From Thomasclavelia spiroformis DSM 1552 (GTDB taxonomy: Bacteria > Bacillota_I > Bacilli_A > Erysipelotrichales > Coprobacillaceae): a stretch of DNA of 24,000 nt. Shown here in pieces: positions 15,646-23,392 of the stretch. The number at the start of each line of letters is the position of its first letter. Within the stretch, counting starts at the first letter, position 1. The stretch spans positions 2,095,596 through 2,119,595 of the forward strand of contig NZ_CP102275.1 in NCBI RefSeq assembly GCF_025149465.1, written 5' to 3'. The position numbers were made by a program, and so were the translations under genes. The notes under the pieces are model-generated. The model was not told where the DNA came from and searched no databases. It worked only from the letters and a program-made list of their open reading frames with translations.

Positions 15646-18600
15646 TTAATCATTTTCTTTTTTTCTAAGAACTTTAGCTCCTGCAATACTTAATAATGCT
15701 AATCCTGCTAATGTTCCTACTAGTGCATCATCACCTGTTTTTACACTTACTGTACTATCACCATTACTTACTGGTGTTTTTGCAGTATTGTCTACTGGTG
15801 CTGTCGTATTTGCTTCTAAGCTATTGATTGCTTTTTCTAATACATCTTTTGCACTATTTACTTCTTCTTGAGTTGCATTTGGATTTTCAAATGTTGCTTT
15901 AGCTGCTGCTAAGGCACTTTCTACTACAGCATATGATGCTTTTGTATAGTTTGCACTATCTAATCCTTCTGCTTTATTGATTAATTCTTCTAATAAGCTC
16001 TTATCTGGAATTAATCTTAAATTCAAGAATGCTGTTACTAATTCACTGTATGCTGTGTTTACTTCTTCTTGCATTGCATTTTCATCGTTATATACAGCAA
16101 TTGCTTCATTTAATTCTGCTTCAAATGCTGTCCATGTATCTGTTGAGTATTTAGTTGAATCTAATCCACTAACTTTATCAATGAATGCTTTTAATGCTGT
16201 TTTATCTCCTTTGTAGAATTCTAATTTATGCATTGCTTCAGCTAAACGATCAAATGCTGCATTTACTTCTGGTTGCATTGCATTTTCATCTGCATATACT
16301 TCTTTAGCTTCTTGTAATGCTGCATTGAATTCTTCTACTACAACTGGGATTACATTATCTAAATTAGCTTGATCAGCTAAGTCAATTGCAATCTTTAATG
16401 CTGTTTTATCTCCTTTGTAGAATTCTAATTTTTGCATTACTGATGATAAACGATCAAATGCATTATCTACTTCTTTTTGTGTTGCATTTGCTTCATTATA
16501 TACTGCATTTGCTTCATCCCTAGCTGCTTTGAATTCTTCTACAACTACAGGAATTACATTTTCTAATTGTTCATCAGTTACAGCATTTGCTTTATCTACT
16601 GCCATTTTTAATAATGTTTTATCAGCAGTTGCCATGAAATTAAAGTAATCAACATTTGCTACATATGCTTGATCTACATCAACTGGATCATTTCCTACAA
16701 ATGTAAAATATAAATCATGTAATCCAATAAATTGATTACGAACAGCTTCAGGAATTTCTACTGTTGTTGTAACATAGTTACCCCATCCGCCAGTTTTAGT
16801 AGTACCTACTGTAAATAATGGATCACCATCACGTGAATCTACACGTACTTCGATTTCACCTTTTTCACATCCATCACTATTTTGTACTGAATATCTAACT
16901 TCAAGTTTATCTGGAGCTGTATTAAATTCTACATCACGGTATCCTACCCATGTATCTTTTTTAACACCACCAATATTTGTACCATCATTTACGATGCTAC
17001 TATGACTTGTATCAAAGCTTTCTGCTTCAATTTTTTCTAAACCATCTCTAACGTTTTCAACACGTTTAATGATATCACGTAATGCATTGTATTGTGCTAC
17101 GATTTCATCTTGAGTCGCATCTGGATTATCAACCACTGCTTGAGCAGCTGCAATACCATCATTTAAGATTTGTTTTACTGTATCACTCATTTGAGATTGA
17201 TCAATTTCTTTAGCACTTGCAATTACTTTGCTCAATAAATCTTTTGTAATACCTGAATAATCATCTGCATCTCCAAGTAATTCAACTTCTGATAAAGTTG
17301 TTCCACCTTTTAATGCTAATTTATAATATTGATATGCTGATGGAGCATCTACACCGAATGGTCTAGTATATCTTCCCCATTCGAATTCGACATTATCTCT
17401 ATTTGCAATTTCTGTCCATTCACTTCCATCATTTGATCCATATAATACAAATGAGCTAGGAGCGGCAGCTTGTTGATCTTTTGTTGATGTTAAAGTCATC
17501 ATATTTACAGTTACAGGTCTATTAAAGCTATAATATAATTCTGTATCTTCTGTAAATGTTGCAGCATTATTTGAATTGTTATCAAATAAATTAGTAATAT
17601 CGCTAACATCTTTTCCAGAAACAGTATCTTTATTAACATACATAGCAAATTCATCTGTAACATCTAAGCTTGAAACAGTTAAATCTTCATCTGGATTTGG
17701 AACTTCGCTTCCAGTTGTAATTGAAGTACCATCTCCTTCAACACCCCATTGTTTATTTGGAGTAGATCCCATATTGAAAACAATTTCTCCACCATCAGTT
17801 AATGTTTTTGCAGAAATGAAGCTTGAATTATGAGCTTCTCCATTAACAGTCATTGATTGAACATAAACATTTTCATCACTATTGTTATTAGCTTTGATTG
17901 TTAATGTTTTACCATTTTCTAAATGAATAGTTGCTTCATCATATAACGGAGAGCCAATAGCATATTCACCACTACCCATATTTACTGGGAAGAATCCAAG
18001 TGATGATAAAACTTGCCATCCACTCATTTCACCATTATCTTCATCACCTAAGTACCCTTGTCCAAAATCAGCACCTACATAACATCTATGTAATACATCA
18101 CGAACTAATGCTTGTGTTTTCCAAGGTTGTTTAGCGTAATTGTACATGTAAATAATACCATGTGAAGGTTGGTTACTATGACCATATTGTCCTAACTTAA
18201 CTTCACGTGCTTCTCTTTGTTCATGAATACCACCTACACCATCAGTTGCATTATATCCATTATAAGTACCTTTTGTTGTAAAGATTGTATCCATTCTTGC
18301 TGCTAATGCTTCAGTTCCACCATATAAGTTAGCAAGACCAATTCCATCTTGTGGTACTGTTACAGTCATGTTATATGCATCTGTTTCAGTGTAATCTCCT
18401 CCCCAGAATGTTGGATCAAAACTATCTCCACTAGTAAATTCACCATTAGCATTTTTACCTTTAAACCATTTTTCAGTTGGATCATCAGATGAACCATCAA
18501 ATAAATTTACATAGTTTAAAGCTCTGTTACGATAATATTCTACTTCGTCTAAATATGTTTGTGCAGCTTCTTCGTCACCTGCAGCTAAAGCTTCATCAGC

Positions 18601-21225
18601 TAATCTTTGAGCCATTTGTGAAATACCATAGTCATTGATATAGCCTTCCATTGACCATGAGAAACCTTCACCTGTTGAATTAGTTGTGTATCCTCTGAAA
18701 ATAGATGTAGTTAATTCAGCTCTACCACCTAAAGTCAAGTTTTCAACATTTGCAACTGATGCGTTCTTTAAAGCTGATTTATAAGCATTTTCAATTTCAA
18801 AGTCTGCACCTTTTGCTGCTGCATCACCAAAAATTACATCTGAACTTGTTCCTACCATTGAGTTTGTTCCACCTGGAGCAACCCATCTAGGAACCCATTC
18901 ACCATCATTGTAATGTTCAACTAAACCGTTTAACATTTCTTCATATTTTTCTGGAGTCAATAATGAATAAGCAGCCCAAGTAGTATGATAAGTATCCCAG
19001 AAACCGTTATTATAATATAATTCGCCTTCTTTTACTTCATCACTTACTGTACTCTTATATTCCCAAACTGGTTCTTCATTAGTTCCAGTATTTTCTGATA
19101 ATAAGTTTGGATAACAGAATAATCTATATAAGTTAGAATATAGAGTTACTTTTTGTTCATGAGTAGCTCCTTTAACTGTAATAACATCTAACTTGTCATT
19201 CCATTCTTCTCTACTATCATTATAAACTTCATCAAAGTCTTTTTCTTGAAGTTCTAAATCAAAGTTCTTTTTAGCTTGTTCAGGACTAATGAAAGATGTA
19301 GCAACTTTCATTTCAACTGTTTGAGCATCACCAAAGTTAATAATAGCAGAATTTTCTGAACTATTTCCATAACGAGAATCTGTCCATTCTGTATCAAATT
19401 CCCCATATATGTACATAGTTTTCATACCATTACTATTATTGTTTGTATAAGCTGTAAATGATTTATGATCATCATTTAAAGTAACTTTTTTATTGCTTCC
19501 ACGAACTGAATCTAAAATTACGTTATGATAAGTCGCAGTATCATCAAATGTAAATTTAGTTGCAGATCCATGCAATGTTGGTGATAATTCTAATTTTGAT
19601 CCAGCTGCATTTCCTTCTGTAAATTCAACTGAATAGTAATGAGCTTTTGCAGTTTCATTTTCATGTGAGAATTTTGCAGCTCTTTCATTTGCTCCAATTG
19701 AAGAATCACCATTTGGATCAATACTTGTATTTACCATGTATTCCCAGTTTCCACGGTCACCAACCCAGTAACTTGGTTCATGGCTTACACTAATATGTTT
19801 AAGAGTTCCTGTGTTACCATTTTGTTGATATGTATATAACTTGTTATCACCACTATTAGTTACTGGTGCCCAGAAGTTAAATCCATGTGGTACTGTAACT
19901 AAAGGTGCAGTTAATCCACGTGAGAAGTTTGGTGAGTCATTAGTTCCACGTAAGATATTTACATATTCAGCTAAGTTGTTGTCATCATATTCTTCTAAAG
20001 CTTCTTCATAGATTTTTACATTATCTAAATAATTTCTAAAATCTACATCTTCTTCAGCTTTATTGTCTTTGTTGTCATAAGCAACTAATACTTCAGTAAT
20101 TACTTTACCTCTCAAGCTTGGATATTCTCCTAAACGAGCAGTAATTTTATTCCATTGATTAGTTGTTAATGTACGAGAATCCCCTTGACCTTGTGGTGTT
20201 AATAAATTACCATTAGTATCTTCGATTCCCATATCACTCAAATATGTTCCATCACTAAATTTTAAATCAACTGCCATATTCATTTGTGTCCAGTTATAAT
20301 CATATTCTCCATTAATTAAACCTGGGAAAATCAAATAACTTAAAGCAGTATTTTCAGTAATTGTAATATTTAAGTCTTTGTACAAAGTATTCCATGAATG
20401 AGCAGCTCCTGTTCCTAGATGTTTACCTGATACTTCTAGAGCAAAGCCATCATCCCATCCTACATTTGTACTTTGGTTCCATGCTTCAGTTGGACCAGTT
20501 GAAATTTTAGTGACCATAGTTGGTTCTACAACTTCTTCTTTTTCTTCACCTGTTCCTAAAAGCAAATCAGCAAATTGTGTTAACTGATTATTTCCTTGGT
20601 TTGCAGTAACTTCAATTTTGTAATATTGATATGCAGTTGGTGTTGCAATTGCATATTCTTTCTTTTCAAATCTTGTTGAAAATGCTTGATCACTTTGTTG
20701 ATCGATTACAACCCATTCATTTCCATCTGTAGATCCGTAGAATGTCCAATTTTTTGGATCACGTTCTGGAGAATCGTTTGCTGATACCATCGCATAGCGA
20801 TCTAAAGTTTTTGCTTCTTCAAAAGCAAACTCTACATGAACTGGGTTATCTTCTGATGGAACATTATCATTAGTTAAGAATTTTGATCCAGAATCCCCAT
20901 CGAATAGTTTAACTTTTCTTTCAGCATCATTGAAGTCGCTGCTTCCAGTAACGGTACTTAGATCAACTTCTCTAGTAACATCACCTTTGATCAAATCAGC
21001 AGGAACAAACCCCTCAATGTTTTCACTACCTTTAGTTTTGTCAACTGTATTTTCTAAAAATCCTTCTTCACCATTGAAAGAAGTTTCCCACAAAATAATA
21101 TCTTCTGTGAGCTGATTTCTAGTATCAGTTGCAAGAACATTGATTGGGCAAGAACTAATAATAGTAGTTGCACTAATCAATCCAGTAGCAAAATACGAAA
21201 ATAGTTTTTTCTTTCTTGCTTTCAT
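15646..21225 (-). CDS. Cell-surface multidomain GH92 glycoside hydrolase paralog 3 (putative exo-alpha-mannosidase)
   Basis: Domain order, N to C:
- Signal peptide MKARKKKLFSYFATGLISATTIISSCPINVLA.
- N-terminal F5/8-type-C module: KLFDGDSGSKFLT...NWTFYGSTDGNEWVVID...YQYYKIEV.
- An unassigned module of about 170 aa.
- GH92 N-domain and catalytic domain: VNILRGTND...; HYYSVEF; YTETDAYNMTVTVPQDG; GHSNQPSHGIIYMYNYAKQPWKTQ; LGDEDNGEMSGWQVLSSLGFFPVNMGSGEYAIGSPLYDEATIHL; VYVQSMTVNGEAH.
- A second F5/8-type-C module.
- A FIVAR unit.
- A CBM6/35-like module: IEAESFDT...GGWGNYVTTTVEI...HDLYFTF...VDYFNF, about aa 1399-1530.
- A FIVAR array.
- C-terminal SVKTGDDALVGTLAGLALLSIAGAKVLRKKEND. Confidence 0.9.
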   Translation of the reverse strand: MKARKKKLFSYFATGLISATTIISSCPINVLATDTRNQLTEDIILWETSFNGEEGFLENTVDKTKGSENIEGFVPADLIKGDVTREVDLSTVTGSSDFNDAERKVKLFDGDSGSKFLTNDNVPSEDNPVHVEFAFEEAKTLDRYAMVSANDSPERDPKNWTFYGSTDGNEWVVIDQQSDQAFSTRFEKKEYAIATPTAYQYYKIEVTANQGNNQLTQFADLLLGTGEEKEEVVEPTMVTKISTGPTEAWNQSTNVGWDDGFALEVSGKHLGTGAAHSWNTLYKDLNITITENTALSYLIFPGLINGEYDYNWTQMNMAVDLKFSDGTYLSDMGIEDTNGNLLTPQGQGDSRTLTTNQWNKITARLGEYPSLRGKVITEVLVAYDNKDNKAEEDVDFRNYLDNVKIYEEALEEYDDNNLAEYVNILRGTNDSPNFSRGLTAPLVTVPHGFNFWAPVTNSGDNKLYTYQQNGNTGTLKHISVSHEPSYWVGDRGNWEYMVNTSIDPNGDSSIGANERAAKFSHENETAKAHYYSVEFTEGNAAGSKLELSPTLHGSATKFTFDDTATYHNVILDSVRGSNKKVTLNDDHKSFTAYTNNNSNGMKTMYIYGEFDTEWTDSRYGNSSENSAIINFGDAQTVEMKVATSFISPEQAKKNFDLELQEKDFDEVYNDSREEWNDKLDVITVKGATHEQKVTLYSNLYRLFCYPNLLSENTGTNEEPVWEYKSTVSDEVKEGELYYNNGFWDTYHTTWAAYSLLTPEKYEEMLNGLVEHYNDGEWVPRWVAPGGTNSMVGTSSDVIFGDAAAKGADFEIENAYKSALKNASVANVENLTLGGRAELTTSIFRGYTTNSTGEGFSWSMEGYINDYGISQMAQRLADEALAAGDEEAAQTYLDEVEYYRNRALNYVNLFDGSSDDPTEKWFKGKNANGEFTSGDSFDPTFWGGDYTETDAYNMTVTVPQDGIGLANLYGGTEALAARMDTIFTTKGTYNGYNATDGVGGIHEQREAREVKLGQYGHSNQPSHGIIYMYNYAKQPWKTQALVRDVLHRCYVGADFGQGYLGDEDNGEMSGWQVLSSLGFFPVNMGSGEYAIGSPLYDEATIHLENGKTLTIKANNNSDENVYVQSMTVNGEAHNSSFISAKTLTDGGEIVFNMGSTPNKQWGVEGDGTSITTGSEVPNPDEDLTVSSLDVTDEFAMYVNKDTVSGKDVSDITNLFDNNSNNAATFTEDTELYYSFNRPVTVNMMTLTSTKDQQAAAPSSFVLYGSNDGSEWTEIANRDNVEFEWGRYTRPFGVDAPSAYQYYKLALKGGTTLSEVELLGDADDYSGITKDLLSKVIASAKEIDQSQMSDTVKQILNDGIAAAQAVVDNPDATQDEIVAQYNALRDIIKRVENVRDGLEKIEAESFDTSHSSIVNDGTNIGGVKKDTWVGYRDVEFNTAPDKLEVRYSVQNSDGCEKGEIEVRVDSRDGDPLFTVGTTKTGGWGNYVTTTVEIPEAVRNQFIGLHDLYFTFVGNDPVDVDQAYVANVDYFNFMATADKTLLKMAVDKANAVTDEQLENVIPVVVEEFKAARDEANAVYNEANATQKEVDNAFDRLSSVMQKLEFYKGDKTALKIAIDLADQANLDNVIPVVVEEFNAALQEAKEVYADENAMQPEVNAAFDRLAEAMHKLEFYKGDKTALKAFIDKVSGLDSTKYSTDTWTAFEAELNEAIAVYNDENAMQEEVNTAYSELVTAFLNLRLIPDKSLLEELINKAEGLDSANYTKASYAVVESALAAAKATFENPNATQEEVNSAKDVLEKAINSLEANTTAPVDNTAKTPVSNGDSTVSVKTGDDALVGTLAGLALLSIAGAKVLRKKEND
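15811..16629 (-). repeat. In-frame FIVAR repeat array (four units) with a 204-nt periodic core
   Basis: The string ctgttttatctcctttgtagaattctaattt recurs at 16197 and 16401, giving a period of 204 nt (68 aa). The protein units are ADKTLLKMAVDKANAV..., GDKTALKIAIDLADQ..., GDKTALKAFIDKVSGL... and DKSLLEELINKAEGL... Confidence 0.85.
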
Positions 21226-21263
21226 TTTCTTTTTCTTTCTCCTCCTTATAATTTTATATCTTA

Positions 21264-21291
21264 ATTATATCATTCGTTTTATTTATTTTAA
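21264..21291 (-). promoter_or_regulatory. Predicted sigma-A promoter of GH92 paralog 3
   Basis: Minus strand reads TTAAAA (21291-21286), 16 nt spacer, TATAAT (21269-21264). Confidence 0.4.
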
Positions 21292-21300
21292 GTTATAATA

Positions 21301-21320
21301 TTTGTAATTTTTTTTACAAA
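21301..21320. promoter_or_regulatory. Inverted-repeat operator candidate D
   Basis: TTTGTAA-tttttt-TTACAAA is a perfect 7+7 palindrome, 9 nt upstream of the predicted -35. A lone half-site TTTGTAC is at 21341-21347. Confidence 0.55.
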
Positions 21321-21371
21321 ATTTATAACCGCTTACCATATTTGTACGTTTTTCTTCTATATAAGTAACAA

Positions 21372-21409
21372 AATTAAAAAGTCTTTCTAACTCTTTATCT
21401 AGAAAGACT
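21372..21409 (-). terminator. Rho-independent terminator of the MATE gene
   Basis: Minus strand reads AGTCTTTCTA-(10 nt)-TAGAAAGACT followed by TTTTAATTTTGTT, 28 nt after the stop. Confidence 0.75.
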
Positions 21410-21436
21410 CAAAATCTTAACACAAACTAAACAAAA

Positions 21437-22771
21437 CTAAGCTTTCATCATCCAATTAGATTTTAAATAATACATTAAAAAAACAATTGAACTTAAGGTC
21501 CATGTTAATGGATATGCCCAAAATACTACTTCAATTTTAGGGACAAAAGATACAACAATAGAAATATACGTAACTCGAATTATACACCAACAAACAAGCA
21601 TAACTAACATTGGAACAATTGATTTACCTGCCCCTCTTAATATCCCAGCAATACAATGAGAAAATGCTAACAAAAAATAAAATAATGTTACTGTTCTTGC
21701 CTGTGCACTACCAAATTCAATAACCGCTTTTGTTCCATCAAACATTGCAATCAATTGTGGAATATATATGTAAATTACAATTCCTACTAACTCTGCTAAA
21801 ATCAAAGAACAAATTATTCCAAATCTAGATCCTTTTTTTACTCGATCATATTTCTTTGCTCCTAAATTTTGACTAATAAATGTTGTTAGCGCCATCGCAA
21901 AACATGTTATCGGTAAAAAACCAAATCCTTCAATTTTTGAATACGATCCACATCCTGCTACTGCCATTTTTCCAAAACTATTAATATGACTTTGAACTAC
22001 AACATTTGCAAGTGCAATAATAGAATTTTGAACTCCAGTTGGTAAACCATTAGAAATAACTTGTTTTAATAAATAACGATTAAAACGAATATCTTTAATA
22101 ACCAAACGATATTCTTTAGGTGCTTTTGTTAAATGTACAATACATAAAATTGCACTAATAATTTGTGAGATAATTGTTGCTAAAGCAGCAGAACCAACCC
22201 CCATATTAAATCCAGAAATAAAAACAAGATCCAAAACAACGTTAATAATTGATGAAATAATTAAATAATATAATGGATGTTTACTATCCCCTACAGCCTG
22301 TAAAATACCAGTTAAAAAATTATATAAGACAAATGCAATCGATCCCATAAAATAAACTCTAAAATAAATAATTGAATTCGGTAATACATCTTTAGGTGTT
22401 GCCATTAATTCAAGTATTTTAGGTGCTAAAATAACACCACACAAAGTTAAAAAAATTCCTGAAACAATTCCCAAAGCAATAGTAGTATGAATCGCTAAAT
22501 GAACTCTTTTATAATCCTTTGCCCCAAAATAACGGGCAATAACTACACCTGCCCCTACAGCAATCCCATTAAAAAAACCGACTAATAAAAAAATCAAATT
22601 TCCTGAAGAACTTACCGCTGCTAAAGCACTACTTCCTAAATAATTTCCCACAATCAGTGAGTCAGCAGTATTATATAACTGTTGAAATAAATTACCTAAA
22701 AATAACGGTATTGCAAAAGCAATTATCGTTTTAGCAATTGAACCTTCACACATTGAAGTCCCCTGTTTCAT
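21437..22771 (-). CDS. MATE-family multidrug/toxic-compound efflux transporter
   Basis: 444 aa and about 12 TM segments. The N-terminus (IAKTIIAFAIPLFLGNLFQQLYNTADSLIVGNYLGSSALAAVS) is typical of the MATE/DinF/NorM family. RBS AAAGGGGGA. Confidence 0.88.
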   Translation of the reverse strand: MKQGTSMCEGSIAKTIIAFAIPLFLGNLFQQLYNTADSLIVGNYLGSSALAAVSSSGNLIFLLVGFFNGIAVGAGVVIARYFGAKDYKRVHLAIHTTIALGIVSGIFLTLCGVILAPKILELMATPKDVLPNSIIYFRVYFMGSIAFVLYNFLTGILQAVGDSKHPLYYLIISSIINVVLDLVFISGFNMGVGSAALATIISQIISAILCIVHLTKAPKEYRLVIKDIRFNRYLLKQVISNGLPTGVQNSIIALANVVVQSHINSFGKMAVAGCGSYSKIEGFGFLPITCFAMALTTFISQNLGAKKYDRVKKGSRFGIICSLILAELVGIVIYIYIPQLIAMFDGTKAVIEFGSAQARTVTLFYFLLAFSHCIAGILRGAGKSIVPMLVMLVCWCIIRVTYISIVVSFVPKIEVVFWAYPLTWTLSSIVFLMYYLKSNWMMKA

Positions 22772-22796
22772 ATCTATCCCCCTTTAAATATAATAA

Positions 22797-22824
22797 ATTC
22801 TATCACATATTTTGCACTTGTAAA
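22797..22824 (-). promoter_or_regulatory. Predicted promoter of the MATE gene
   Basis: Minus strand reads TTTACA (22824-22819), 16 nt spacer, then TGaTAGAAT, an extended -10 (TAGAAT at 22802-22797). Confidence 0.45.
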
Positions 22825-22884
22825 ATAACAAAATCATTACGATAATTAGTAAATTAATATATTAGCTATTTTTTAATAACTTTA

Positions 22885-22912
22885 TTGACATATAATAACA
22901 AATAGTTATAAT
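22885..22912 (+). promoter_or_regulatory. Near-consensus sigma-A promoter of the MarR operon
   Basis: TTGACA (22885-22890), 16 nt spacer, TATAAT (22907-22912). Confidence 0.65.
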
Positions 22913-22938
22913 TCTAATTATATCAATTATAACTATTT
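22900..22938. promoter_or_regulatory. Perfect 14-bp inverted repeat, likely the MarR operator
   Basis: AAATAGTTATAATT (22900-22913) and AATTATAACTATTT (22925-22938) are separated by 11 nt. The left arm covers the -10 hexamer. Confidence 0.55.
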
Positions 22939-22951
22939 ATAAGGAGGTATT

Positions 22952-23392
22952 ATGGAAAAATCATTTCACTATTTACTGATGTTGAACTATACATATTTTC
23001 AAAAAAGTATTTTTGAAAAAGTTAAATCATCAGGGTTAACAATGGGACAACCTAAGATACTAGATTATCTTAGCGAACATGACGGTGCAAACCAAAAAGA
23101 AATTGCGAATGCTTGTAATATTGAGCCAGGCTCTTTAACTTCTATTTTAAACAGAATGGAAAATAAAGAACTAATTGAAAGAAAAATGTTAAATAACAAT
23201 CGCAGATCTTATCATATTTATCTAACAGAAAAAGGAAAACAGCTACAAATTCAAGTTGTTCAATCATTTAAGCAATTAGAAAAAATTGCATTTTCAAACT
23301 TTAGCAATGAAGAAAAAATAATTTTCATTAATATGTTTGAAAAAATATATTTAAATATGAAAGAAGGGTATAAAAAAAGTGATAAAAATTAA
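22952..23392 (+). CDS. MarR-family transcriptional regulator
   Basis: 146 aa with a winged-HTH core: LTMGQPKILDYLSEHDGANQKEIANACNIEPGSLTSILNRMENKELIERKMLNNNRRSYHIYLTEKG. RBS AAGGAGG. Confidence 0.9.
   Translation: MEKSFHYLLMLNYTYFQKSIFEKVKSSGLTMGQPKILDYLSEHDGANQKEIANACNIEPGSLTSILNRMENKELIERKMLNNNRRSYHIYLTEKGKQLQIQVVQSFKQLEKIAFSNFSNEEKIIFINMFEKIYLNMKEGYKKSDKN

Noticed and set aside
15811-16629. A 204-nt tandem periodicity. I considered a non-coding repeat array, minisatellite or CRISPR-like structure.
   Set aside because: The repeats are in frame within a continuous 1859-codon ORF and encode FIVAR helical units. There is no spacer/repeat alternation of CRISPR size.
21308-21315. T8 (operator spacer) and A9 (15309-15317) homopolymers as possible phase-variation tracts.
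   Set aside because: These tracts are short for efficient slipped-strand mispairing, and such runs are common in DNA this AT-rich. There is no evidence of variation from a single sequence.
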